From Candidatus Kuenenia stuttgartensis (GTDB taxonomy: Bacteria > Planctomycetota > Brocadiia > Brocadiales > Brocadiaceae): a stretch of DNA of 32,000 nt. The notes beneath the pieces were generated by a model that was not told where the DNA came from, searched no databases, and saw nothing but the letters and a program-made list of their open reading frames with translations. A program made the position numbers and the translations under genes. The stretch lies in assembly GCF_900232105.1 (NCBI RefSeq), contig NZ_LT934425.1, positions 420,001-452,000 on the forward strand. Direction: 5' to 3'. Shown piece after piece: positions 1 through 8,681 of this stretch; position 1 is the stretch's first letter; every line of letters begins with the position of its first letter.

Positions 1-1
1 A

Positions 2-1747
2 ATTATTCCTCAACCAAATTGGCGTGACGATCTGCATGATTTCAAAATACTTGGCGCACCGGTATATTTTTTCGGGGTAACCTCTGGTTGTATGGACTCT
101 ATGGTGAACCATTACACTGCCAACAAAAGGCTCCGTTCCACGGATGCTTACAGCCCTGGCGGAAAAACAGGGTTGCGCCCTAACTATGCCGCCGTCACGT
201 ATACAAAAATATTGAAATCTCTCTACCCCGATGTCCCCGTCATCATTGGCGGTATTGAAGCTTCCTTACGAAGGGTGACGCACTATGATTACTGGTCGGA
301 CAAACTGATGCCTTCTCTTCTTGAAACAAGCGGAGCCGATTTACTGGTGTATGGAATGGGAGAAATGCCCGTGAGAGAAATCCTTAAACTTTTAAAAAAA
401 GGGGTACCCCTCCACCAACTGACTATGGTGAAACAAACGGCTTATCTCCGGAATCAAGGCAACGGCATGCCAAAAAACAAGCATTGGAACGACATTTATA
501 TACATTCCCACCAGAAATGTTTGGAAGATAAAAAGGCATTCGCCGCAAATTTTAAACAAATAGAACAGGAATCAAATAAGGTTTTTGCCGACCGCATTAT
601 CCAAACTATTGGAGAAAAAACGCTGATTATCAATCCGCCATTTCAAACAATGACCGAAGAAGAAATTGACGCTTCTTTCGAACTGCCTTACACAAGACTC
701 CCCCATCCGATATATAAAACGCTTGGCGCTATTCCCGCGTATGAAATGATTAAATTTTCGATCAACACGCATCGCGGATGTTTCGGCGGATGCAGTTTTT
801 GCACCATCTCTGCGCATCAGGGAAAGTTCATTGCCAGCCGTTCACAGTCTTCTATTATGAGAGAAGTGGAACAGGTAACCAACATGCCGGATTTCAAAGG
901 CTATATTTCAGACCTTGGCGGCCCATCCGCCAACATGTATAAAATGAAAGGCAGAATACAGGAAATATGTGATAAATGCATCCGCCCTTCATGCATTTAT
1001 CCCGCTGTTTGTGACAATCTCAATACAAACCATTCTCCGATAACCGAAATTTATCGCAAAGCCGATGCGCATCCAAAGGTGAAAAAGGCATTTGTAGGCA
1101 GCGGCATCCGGCACGATTTATTGACAAAAAGCTATAATAAAAAAGCCGACACATCCATTTACGACTATTTGGAACAGCTTTTAACCCGGCATGTTTCCGG
1201 GAGGTTAAAAGTTGCCCCTGAACATACTTCCCCGACAATCCTTAAATTGATGAGAAAACCGTCATTTGAACATTTTAAGGAATTTAAAAAGCTATTTGAC
1301 CGTATTGATAAACAACACGGACTCAATCAACAGCTTGTCCCCTACCTCATCTCCAGCCACCCGGGATGCACGGAAGACGACATGGCAACCCTTGCCGCAG
1401 AAACCAGGGAACTCGGATTCCATCTGGAACAGGTGCAGGATTTTACTCCCACACCCATGACCGTTGCAACCGTCATGTACTACTCCGGCTACCATCCCTA
1501 TACGCTTAAAGAATATTACGTACCCAGATCAATCCGTGAAAAAAAGGAACAGCATCGTTTCTTTTTCTGGTATAAGAAAGAAAATCAGGATTGGTTAAGG
1601 AAGAAACTTTTTGCGTTGAAAAAACCGGATTTGCTCAAAAGGCTTTTCCCCTTCGGGAAAACAAAATCACACCCGCAAACAAAACCCATCAGTGAAATAA
1701 TGTCCCACAGACCGCCTAAACAAAAGCAGCGAAGGGATGCGTTCTAA
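2..1747 (+). CDS. ygiQ: YgiQ-family radical SAM protein (UPF0313), 5-prime end cut by window edge
   Basis: The frame is open from nt 2. IIPQPNWRDDLHDFKILGAPVYFFGVTSGC precedes the track's first Met at 92. It has the radical-SAM CxxxCxxC motif (RGCFGGCSFCTI) and typical YgiQ blocks (DSMVNHYTA, VIIGGIEASLRR, HVSGRLKVAPEH). Confidence 0.85.
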   Translation: MIPQPNWRDDLHDFKILGAPVYFFGVTSGCMDSMVNHYTANKRLRSTDAYSPGGKTGLRPNYAAVTYTKILKSLYPDVPVIIGGIEASLRRVTHYDYWSDKLMPSLLETSGADLLVYGMGEMPVREILKLLKKGVPLHQLTMVKQTAYLRNQGNGMPKNKHWNDIYIHSHQKCLEDKKAFAANFKQIEQESNKVFADRIIQTIGEKTLIINPPFQTMTEEEIDASFELPYTRLPHPIYKTLGAIPAYEMIKFSINTHRGCFGGCSFCTISAHQGKFIASRSQSSIMREVEQVTNMPDFKGYISDLGGPSANMYKMKGRIQEICDKCIRPSCIYPAVCDNLNTNHSPITEIYRKADAHPKVKKAFVGSGIRHDLLTKSYNKKADTSIYDYLEQLLTRHVSGRLKVAPEHTSPTILKLMRKPSFEHFKEFKKLFDRIDKQHGLNQQLVPYLISSHPGCTEDDMATLAAETRELGFHLEQVQDFTPTPMTVATVMYYSGYHPYTLKEYYVPRSIREKKEQHRFFFWYKKENQDWLRKKLFALKKPDLLKRLFPFGKTKSHPQTKPISEIMSHRPPKQKQRRDAF

Positions 1748-1750
1748 TCT

Positions 1751-1776
1751 GGTGGGTGCACTCCGATTTACCCATC
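1751..1776. repeat. REP-like hairpin GGTGGGT-N12-ACCCATC just after the ygiQ stop
   Basis: Arms are 1751-1757 and 1770-1776 (7 bp with one G.U). It lies between convergent ygiQ and sugE. The shape matches the hairpin after xerD at 20747-20774. Confidence 0.5.
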
Positions 1777-1890
1777 ATTACATACAAATGATGGTTCTCA
1801 CGCGGGTTTTAGGCCTTGTAGCCTGCCCCCAGGTTTATGCAGTCAATTTCCGAAAAGAGGGATACGTGGGAAGGAACAACCTGGAAATCA

Positions 1891-2211
1891 CTACGAATAA
1901 GACAGTTTTAATGCAATTATTCCTGCCACTATCAGCAGTACCGATACTATCCTCAAAATATTTGCCGGGTCTTTGAACATAATTATGCCAATAATAAATG
2001 CGCCAACAGCGCCAATTCCGGTCCAAATAGCATATGCCGTACCCATCGGTATTGTCTTTTGCGCCAACCACAAGAATGCGCCGCTGAAACCCATAGACGT
2101 AACAGCAAATATAACACACATAACTTTGTGCTCTGTTGTCTGTGAAAGCTTTAAGCCCAGCGGCCAACCTATCTCAAATAAACCCGCAATAATCAGATAT
2201 ATCCAGGCCAT
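1891..2211 (-). CDS. sugE: SMR-family small multidrug resistance protein, SugE/Gdx (guanidinium exporter) type
   Basis: It is 106 aa with four hydrophobic helices. The TM1 motif AGLFEIGWPLGLK carries the conserved Glu, and WTGIGAVG is also present. AAGAGG lies about 8 nt upstream of the ATG. Confidence 0.85.
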   Translation of the reverse strand: MAWIYLIIAGLFEIGWPLGLKLSQTTEHKVMCVIFAVTSMGFSGAFLWLAQKTIPMGTAYAIWTGIGAVGAFIIGIIMFKDPANILRIVSVLLIVAGIIALKLSYS

Positions 2212-2240
2212 TATCGCTTACCTCTTATTTTTCGGCTGAT

Positions 2241-2274
2241 AAAAAACGGTATCGCATAACGCAGCGCACTACCG
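2241..2274 (-). promoter_or_regulatory. Terminator-like hairpin plus U6 in the sugE leader (possible attenuator or riboswitch expression platform)
   Basis: The minus strand reads CGGTA-GTG-CGC-TGCGTTAT-GCG-A-TACCG followed by TTTTTT. That gives 5+3 bp with an internal loop. It ends 29 nt before the sugE ATG, upstream of the AAGAGG SD. Confidence 0.35.
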
Positions 2275-2473
2275 GCGGGTAATAAACCGCAGGGCAATTG
2301 CGGCCAGGTTACAGCGCATTGTCACGCATTCAATCTCGTTCCCAAGCTCCACAAACCTTGCCAAAATGGAGATTTTACCCTATTTTGCGATATTCACTCC
2401 ACATTTTAATGGAAAACAGTACTTGTGAAACAAGGATAACAAAACTTGGAATTTCAGCAACTGGAATCCCGAT

Positions 2474-2526
2474 ATTATTTGTTATTTGGAAATTGTTATT
2501 TGTAATTTGCAATTTGTTATTTATAA
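2474..2526. repeat. Degenerate T-rich tract with TTGTTATTT repeated three times
   Basis: The sequence is attatttgttatttggaaattgttatttgtaatttgcaatttgttatttat. It belongs to the GRATTT tract family seen at 4418, 8608 and 13167. Confidence 0.6.
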
Positions 2527-2802
2527 CACTATTGATACGGAGAATTGAAACAGATGTTTATGCAGTTGTCTCGCCTATCCTGCTCACGGTCAAAAGCCGT
2601 AAACAACACAAAACGTTTCGTTTCACTTGTACACAATTGAACCAGAAATGAATGGATTTAGGCTGCTTAGCAGTTCTGCCTCACAATGACACACGGGGAT
2701 TAACTTAGTTATCTATTTGCAAATGCAAGCATTATGACCACTGCAACCCTGCAGCCCGTATAAATATTATGAAAATTCTTATACGCACACTTATCAATCA
2801 CT

Positions 2803-4152
2803 ATGCCACTGCTTGAACTAACAGAAAAAAACCTGAATAAGAATATCTTAAGACTCTGCATACCAGTCGCTATTGAAAACTTGCTCCATATGAGCGTTTT
2901 TATTTCTGACACTATAATGGTAGGCAGGCTCGGAACAGACGCCATTGCCGCTGCAGGTCTGGCTGGCTCCTTATTCTTTTTCATCTCCCTGGTCACCACC
3001 TCTTTGAGCTATGGCGCTTCAAGCATCGTGGCAAGACACATTGGCGCAAAGGAAAAAGACCATGCGCAACTTGTGGCGTCACAGGCGCTCCTCATTGCAC
3101 TCTTTATGGGAGTACTCATCTCGCCGTTCCTGATATATTTCGCAAGGACTATTTTTATCCTGATGAGTGCGGAGCCAAAAGTAGCGGATATTGGAGAGAG
3201 GTATTTTCAAATTGTCTCCGGTTTTTTAGTTTTTCGCCTCATTATTTTTGTAAGCAGCGACATCCTTCGGGGCGCGGGGGACACCAAAACGCCAATGAAA
3301 GTGACTTTCATCGTTAACTGTTTTAATATCTTATTCAACTGGTTGCTTATTTTCGGAATAGGGCCATTTCCCATGCTTGGTGTGGCAGGTGTGGGATGGG
3401 CAACCGCAATTTCATTTGCGACCGGAGCGGGTTTGCTGTTGTCAAGGCTTTTCAGTGGAAAATGCATCGTGCACCTTCAATACAACACTATAAAAAAACT
3501 ACACGTTGCCTCTATCAGGAGGATTATTCATATTTCATTTCCCGCCACCATTGACGCCCTTCTCACACAAATAGGGTTTTTGTTCTTCACGAAAATTGTC
3601 GCCATACTCGGCACCGTTCCGCTGGCCGCGCATCAGATAGCCATACGCATCGAATCAATGTCGTTTATGCCTGGATTCGCCATCGCGGTATCCACCGCCA
3701 CATTGGTTGGACAGAGCCTCGGTACGAATAACGTGCCTCTCGCTCTGAAAAGCATGAAACGCAGTTGCCTCTTTTCCGTTTGTTTTATGTGTTTCTTTGC
3801 CATTATTTTCATTGTTTTCCCGTCACAAATGGCAAAAATGTTTAACCCCACTCCAGATGTACTCTCTTTGGCAGTCGTGTGCATCATGATTGCCGCCATT
3901 GAGCAGCCAGCGCTGGCAATCTATATGGTTTTTTCCGGTGGGCTACGCGGGGCGGGAGACACATTAAGCCCGATGCTCATAACCATTGCCGGTACACTGT
4001 GCCTGCACCTTCCCTTTGCCTACCTGTTTGGAATCAAACTTGGATGGGGATTGGGAGGCGTATGGCTGGGAGCGGCAATCGACTGGATATGCCGCGCCAT
4101 TGCTATCTTCATTCTCTATAAAAGAGGCAGATGGAAAACCATTATCGTATAA
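2803..4152 (+). CDS. MATE family efflux transporter
   Basis: It is 449 aa with about 12 hydrophobic segments. The N-terminus is MATE-like (ILRLCIPVAIENLLHMSVFISDTIMVGRLG). The duplicated GAGDTKTPM / GAGDTLSPM motifs are typical of the two MATE lobes. Confidence 0.85.
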   Translation: MPLLELTEKNLNKNILRLCIPVAIENLLHMSVFISDTIMVGRLGTDAIAAAGLAGSLFFFISLVTTSLSYGASSIVARHIGAKEKDHAQLVASQALLIALFMGVLISPFLIYFARTIFILMSAEPKVADIGERYFQIVSGFLVFRLIIFVSSDILRGAGDTKTPMKVTFIVNCFNILFNWLLIFGIGPFPMLGVAGVGWATAISFATGAGLLLSRLFSGKCIVHLQYNTIKKLHVASIRRIIHISFPATIDALLTQIGFLFFTKIVAILGTVPLAAHQIAIRIESMSFMPGFAIAVSTATLVGQSLGTNNVPLALKSMKRSCLFSVCFMCFFAIIFIVFPSQMAKMFNPTPDVLSLAVVCIMIAAIEQPALAIYMVFSGGLRGAGDTLSPMLITIAGTLCLHLPFAYLFGIKLGWGLGGVWLGAAIDWICRAIAIFILYKRGRWKTIIV

Positions 4153-4417
4153 ACAATAGTCACCGTTCACAGGGTTTAAGTTATTGCTAAAATGGTACTT
4201 AATAAATTATGAATTTATCACAAAAAAATTGAATTGCTAAAGCGCTTATTTTCTGCGCATTAAATTTTTGGTAACAAGCGCATCTTTAGTATCTCGCATT
4301 TCGTGCTTGCTTAAAAACTCTAGTTCCCAGGTTCCGGCTTGGTAACGAGAAGGAATCCACCCCCTGCACCCCCGCCAGCGGGGGACACTCTCACCCTTTG
4401 GAGGGGATAAGGGGGAG

Positions 4418-4470
4418 GATTTTGGAATTTGTTTCGGATTTCGTACTTCGAATTTCGTATTTTTTATTTC
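4418..4470. repeat. Degenerate T-rich GRATTT tract
   Basis: The sequence is ggattttggaatttgtttcggatttcgtacttcgaatttcgtatttttt. It is preceded by G/C-rich palindromes (CCCCCGC-ca-GCGGGGG at about 4370-4386). Confidence 0.6.
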
Positions 4471-4510
4471 CTGCTTCTTTGGTTCTGGCTATGCCAGTTT
4501 AGGAATAACT

Positions 4511-5524
4511 TTATCTCACATTGAAATACCATTTATACCAGTCGGTAAATTTTTTCAAACCTGTTTCAATTGGTGTCGCGGGTTTAAAACCAACGTCTTT
4601 TATCAGTTCATCAACATTTGCGTACGTAACGGGAACATCTCCCGGCTGCATGGGGAGCATTTTTTTCACTGCTTTTTTCCCCAAGTACTCCTCTAATATC
4701 GCAACAAACCTAAGGAGTTCCACCGGTTTATTATTACCTATATTGTACACCCTGTAAGGAGCATTACTGGTGGCGGGGTCGGGATTCTCTCCGTCCCAAT
4801 CAGGATTTTTACAAGGTATCCTCATCATAACCTTTACTACTCCTTCAACAATATCATCAATATAGGTAAAATCACGTTTCATTTTTCCATGATTAAATAT
4901 ATTGATCGGTTTTCCTTCGATAATTGCCTTCGTGAAGAGAAAGTAAGCCATATCCGGCCTTCCCCAAGGACCGTACACTGTGAAAAAACGCAGTCCCGTG
5001 CAGGGGATGTTGTATATGCCGGAATAGGTATGCGCCATAAGTTCATTGGCTTTTTTGGTTGCCGCATATAAAGAAGCGGGGTGGTCCACGTTGTGATGTT
5101 CGGAAAAGGGAATTTTTGTGTTCTTTCCGTAAACAGAGCTGGAAGATGCGTAAACAAGATGTTGTACGTTATTCTGCCTGCAACCCTCCAGTATATTGAT
5201 GAATCCGACTATATTGCTATCAATATATGCGTGTGGATTAATGAGAGAATATCTTACCCCGGGTTGTGCGGCAAGATTGATAACACCATCAAACTTTTCT
5301 TTTTTAAAAATTAATAAGAGGGCGTCTTTATCAATTATGTCCAACGTATGAAAAGAAAATTGTTTGTTATTTATAAGTTGTTTAACCCTATCATGTTTCA
5401 ATGTTGTATCATAATAATCATTTATGTTATCGATACCCGTAACATTGAATCCTGATGCTAATAATTTTTTTGAAACATAGTAACCAATAAACCCTGCCGC
5501 TCCGGTGACAAGTATCTTTTTCAT
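4511..5524 (-). CDS. NAD-dependent epimerase/dehydratase, UDP-glucuronate 4-epimerase-like (extended SDR)
   Basis: It has the Rossmann motif MKKILVTGAAGFIG, the YxxxK motif (YAATKKANE), and a CapI/WbnF-like pattern overall. I prefer the internal ATG at 5524 (GAGG about 10 nt upstream) over the track start at 5578. Confidence 0.8.
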   Translation of the reverse strand: MKKILVTGAAGFIGYYVSKKLLASGFNVTGIDNINDYYDTTLKHDRVKQLINNKQFSFHTLDIIDKDALLLIFKKEKFDGVINLAAQPGVRYSLINPHAYIDSNIVGFINILEGCRQNNVQHLVYASSSSVYGKNTKIPFSEHHNVDHPASLYAATKKANELMAHTYSGIYNIPCTGLRFFTVYGPWGRPDMAYFLFTKAIIEGKPINIFNHGKMKRDFTYIDDIVEGVVKVMMRIPCKNPDWDGENPDPATSNAPYRVYNIGNNKPVELLRFVAILEEYLGKKAVKKMLPMQPGDVPVTYANVDELIKDVGFKPATPIETGLKKFTDWYKWYFNVR

Positions 5525-5586
5525 CCGAAAATACCTCTGTGTTAAATTTATAAAGTATGATTCGTTAAATAGTTTCAACCATTATT

Positions 5587-5614
5587 GTAGAGACGCACGG
5601 CCATGCGTCTCTAC
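5587..5614. repeat. Perfect 11-bp-stem hairpin GTAGAGACGCA-cggcca-TGCGTCTCTAC
   Basis: Arms are 5587-5597 and 5604-5614. It lies in the divergent spacer between the epimerase and mgtE-like genes, so it is not in a terminator position. Confidence 0.7.
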
Positions 5615-5753
5615 TTAACCAAGTAGATGTTGACATTATCCATTTAGTTTTTTTATTATACCGCTATCATAAATCTCAACCCTAACTATCTTTTAGCAAA
5701 TTTACCTCCTACTCACGGGAGTCATTCTTAATATAGAAAAGAATAGTGCAATC

Positions 5754-6752
5754 ATGTTGTTTCGCAATAAAAAATTAAGAAATTCAGACCCTGACTATAG
5801 TGCCAAAATTAAATATTCTACTGAAATGCTTGCTGTTTCGGAAGATAGTACAATTGAAACTGCTTTTGAATTTATCCGTGACAGTAAGCTCGCTGGTAAT
5901 ATTTTTTATTGCTATGCCACTGATAGTGAAGGAAAATTGACGGGCATAATACCTTTAAGAAAACTTATCACTTCTCCCAAAAAAGCAAAGATTTCTGATA
6001 TTATGATACGCAACCCCATCAAACTATTCATGGAAACTTCTTTAGATACAGCGCTTGAATATTTTTTAATGTATAAATTCCTGGCCTTCCCTGTTGTTGA
6101 CGAACAAGGAAAACTTATTGGCGTTACACGGGTTAATAATTTAATAGAAGACACAATAGCAATTGAAGAGGATGTGACGCGGGCACGGGATGACCTGCTC
6201 AATATAATCGGTATAAAACTTGAAGAATTTCGAAAACCTTCTGTTTTCAAAAGCACCTTTTTACGATTCCCCTATTTACTTTTTAACATTCTGAGCGGAA
6301 TTACTTGTGCGCTGATTGCAAACCTGTTCAGCGTCACCTTAAACAAGTTTATTTTTATCGCATTCTTTATAACGGTAATTTTAGGTCTTGCAGAAAGTAT
6401 GGGCACGCAGGCAGTTGCGGTTACTCTTTCTTCATTTGGAAGAACTATAAAAATGAAAGGGATTGTTCTTTACGAGATACGCATCGGTTTCAAAATAGGC
6501 GCTCTGTGCGGCGGAATCATGTACCTGGTGTCTTTTTTCTGGCTACATGAACAGGTATTCTCTATAGTCCTGTCTCTTACAATCCTATTTACCATCGTTA
6601 CCGCTTCTTTCCTTGGATGTATTTTACCGATACTCTTTAAGAAGATGGGTATTAATCCAACCCATGCCTCGTGCCCACTTGTATTGGCAATTTCCGATAT
6701 CATTTCGCTGACCACATATTTTTCGCTCGGGACATATCTTCTTAAACCGTAG
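5754..6752 (+). CDS. mgtE: MgtE-family divalent cation (Mg2+) transporter, short form (CBS pair plus TM domain, no obvious MgtE N-domain)
   Basis: CBS-like segments are present (ISDIMIRNPIKL..., FPVVDEQGKLIGVTRVNNL). They are followed by five hydrophobic helices with an MgtE-like GLAESMGTQAVAV motif. Confidence 0.7.
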   Translation: MLFRNKKLRNSDPDYSAKIKYSTEMLAVSEDSTIETAFEFIRDSKLAGNIFYCYATDSEGKLTGIIPLRKLITSPKKAKISDIMIRNPIKLFMETSLDTALEYFLMYKFLAFPVVDEQGKLIGVTRVNNLIEDTIAIEEDVTRARDDLLNIIGIKLEEFRKPSVFKSTFLRFPYLLFNILSGITCALIANLFSVTLNKFIFIAFFITVILGLAESMGTQAVAVTLSSFGRTIKMKGIVLYEIRIGFKIGALCGGIMYLVSFFWLHEQVFSIVLSLTILFTIVTASFLGCILPILFKKMGINPTHASCPLVLAISDIISLTTYFSLGTYLLKP

Positions 6753-6825
6753 TGAGGGCTGAAGCGATACCCGCGAAACGTTGACAGTCATTGTATTAAA
6801 GAAATACCAGAAATAAACAGACAAA

Positions 6826-8478
6826 ATGGATATAATATCAATTTTAACCGGCCTAATAGCAGGGCTTTCAGTTTCCTACATCATTTTCTATTTGCTAAAC
6901 AAGGCAAAAAGTGTTTCTAAAACAGCCTATGAAACATTAAATGCGAAATTCCATGAAACAAATACACAATGGAAGGTTTCAGAGGACAGGCTTTTAGTGC
7001 AACAACTGGAATATTCAAAATTGAATACAAAGTATGAATCAGCAGCAATAGAGCTTACAGGACTTCAATCCAAATCCTCTTCATTGGAAACAACAGTTAA
7101 AAACAATGAATTGAGAATTGCTGAACTTTCAAAGGTGATGGCAGAGCAAACGACCTTAAACACATCTCTGCAAAATGAAATCAATTCATTAAAGCAGAAA
7201 ATCGCCGAAGGAAATGCAACTAATAATTCGTTGAAAGAAAATTTGAAATCTCAGAAAGAACTCAATCAAAAACAAGCAGACGCATTAGTCCAACTATCAG
7301 ACAAAATAACGAAAATAACCGCCGAGAACAGCACACTGACTGCCAAAAATTCTGCACTAACGGAAAAACTATCGACTCAAAAAGAAGAGATCACTAAAAT
7401 GCAGGAAACCTCTCATTTGCAATTTGAAAAGATGGCAAATCAAATTCTGGAAGAAAAATCCGGTAAATTTACCGAAACAAATAAAACAAACATTGAAGCT
7501 CTTTTAAAGCCGCTTGGTGAAAATATCGACAACTTCAAAAAGAAAGTTGAAGAAACGTATGACAAGGAGTCTAAGCAACGATTTTCACTTGAAGAGAAAG
7601 TCAAGGAATTAGTGGAACAAACAAATAAAGTAAGCAGTGAGGCTAATAATCTTGCGACGGCACTTAAAGGTCAGGCGAAAAAGCAGGGTAACTGGGGTGA
7701 AATGATTCTTGAAAGTATCTTGCAAAAATCAGGATTGGTAAAAGACAGAGAATACTTTTTACAACAGACAATAAAAGACGAAGGGGGAAACAGTTTAAGA
7801 CCCGATGTCATGGTGAAACTTCCCGACAACAGAGTAATAATTATCGATTCAAAAGTATCATTAGTCTCTTACGACAGGTTTTCATCAGCAGAGACAACCG
7901 ACGAACAAACAATTCATTTGGCTGAGCATTTGAAATCAATCTATGGGCACATAGACGATCTGCACGGAAAAAAATATGATGCCCTTGAGGGTTCATTAGA
8001 CTTTACAATGATGTTTGTTCCTATTGAGCCTGCATATTTAATATCCATTCAAAAGGATCAAGACCTTTGGACATACGCTTATGAAAAAAGGATACTACTC
8101 ATTAGTCCAACAAATTTAATTGCCTGCTTAAAGTTAATGGCTGATTTATGGAAAAGAGAGATGCAAAGTAAAAACGCAATGGAAATAGTAAGAAGAGGGG
8201 ATTTACTCTATGAAAAATTTGTAACATTCGTTTCAACTCTGGAAGATGTTGGAAAACATATTAATAAATCCCAACAATCATACAATGCAGCCATTGGACA
8301 ACTCAATAGTGGAAGCGGCAATTTAATTGGACAAGCATTAAAACTCAAAAATCTGGGATTAAAATCAAATAAAGAAATTCCGGCAGCTATGTTGCCGACA
8401 GACTTTGAACCGGAACAAAACAAGCACGAAATAATAACTGCGAAATCCGAAACAACTTCTAATGACAAAATTATTTGA
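6826..8478 (+). CDS. rmuC: DNA recombination protein RmuC
   Basis: It has an N-terminal TM helix, a long Q/K/E/L-rich coiled coil, and a C-terminal RmuC nuclease-like core (NWGEMILESILQKSGL, RPDVMVKLPDNRVIIIDSKVSL, MMFVPIEPAY). Confidence 0.85.
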   Translation: MDIISILTGLIAGLSVSYIIFYLLNKAKSVSKTAYETLNAKFHETNTQWKVSEDRLLVQQLEYSKLNTKYESAAIELTGLQSKSSSLETTVKNNELRIAELSKVMAEQTTLNTSLQNEINSLKQKIAEGNATNNSLKENLKSQKELNQKQADALVQLSDKITKITAENSTLTAKNSALTEKLSTQKEEITKMQETSHLQFEKMANQILEEKSGKFTETNKTNIEALLKPLGENIDNFKKKVEETYDKESKQRFSLEEKVKELVEQTNKVSSEANNLATALKGQAKKQGNWGEMILESILQKSGLVKDREYFLQQTIKDEGGNSLRPDVMVKLPDNRVIIIDSKVSLVSYDRFSSAETTDEQTIHLAEHLKSIYGHIDDLHGKKYDALEGSLDFTMMFVPIEPAYLISIQKDQDLWTYAYEKRILLISPTNLIACLKLMADLWKREMQSKNAMEIVRRGDLLYEKFVTFVSTLEDVGKHINKSQQSYNAAIGQLNSGSGNLIGQALKLKNLGLKSNKEIPAAMLPTDFEPEQNKHEIITAKSETTSNDKII

Positions 8479-8525
8479 AATTCTAAACGCGCGTAACAAT
8501 TTAGTATTTTGGAAAATTCCAACAA

Positions 8526-8554
8526 TGTAGTGAGACGAGGTTAGTCGCACTACA
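8526..8554 (+). terminator. Hairpin TGTAGTG-a-GAC gaggtta GTC-g-CACTACA downstream of rmuC
   Basis: The stem is 7+3 bp with one A/G mismatch and is followed by AATTTT. It starts 48 nt after the rmuC stop. The sequence is a cousin of the 5587 hairpin (both begin TGTAG.GAGACG). Confidence 0.35.
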
Positions 8555-8575
8555 AATTTTGTACTTCGTATTGTT

Positions 8576-8606
8576 GCCTGCCTGTATGTGGTCGCACGCA
8601 GACAGG
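8576..8606. repeat. Copy of the TCTGCGT-N7-10-ACWGGCAGGC palindromic motif (reverse orientation)
   Basis: The reverse complement reads CCTGTCTGCGTgcgaccacatACAGGCAGGC. Related copies lie at 21424-21447 and 21518-21546. Confidence 0.6.
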
Positions 8607-8607
8607 A

Positions 8608-8678
8608 AGTTTTGGATTTGTTTTGAATTTTATGCTTTGTAATTAGAATTTGCTTCGGATTTTGTGTTTCGGATTTCA
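8608..8678. repeat. Degenerate T-rich GRATTT tract
   Basis: The sequence is agttttggatttgttttgaattttatgctttgtaattagaatttgcttcggattttgtgtttcggatttcac. It lies between the convergent rmuC and parC stops. Confidence 0.6.
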
Positions 8679-8681
8679 CAA

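Noticed and set aside
1737-2239. ORFs 1737..1976 (+), 1835..2167 (-) and 1973..2239 (+)
   Set aside because: They overlap or lie antisense to the convincing SugE/Gdx gene, or span the REP hairpin. None has a recognisable motif.
2212-2420. A known guanidine riboswitch (ykkC, mini-ykkC or ykkC-III) upstream of sugE
   Set aside because: I found TAGGGT and GGGAACGAGA-like fragments. I found no GGUCCGAGAG or ACGGxGGGA...GCCCGGGAGA blocks, no paired ACGR tetraloops and no ykkC-III consensus. It cannot be called by eye and is kept only as an open question in the findings.
2298-2651. 117-aa + strand ORF in the sugE/MATE spacer
   Set aside because: It runs through the TTGTTATTT tract and REP-like debris. 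It has no SD, no recognisable fold and an implausible composition. I treat the region as non-coding.
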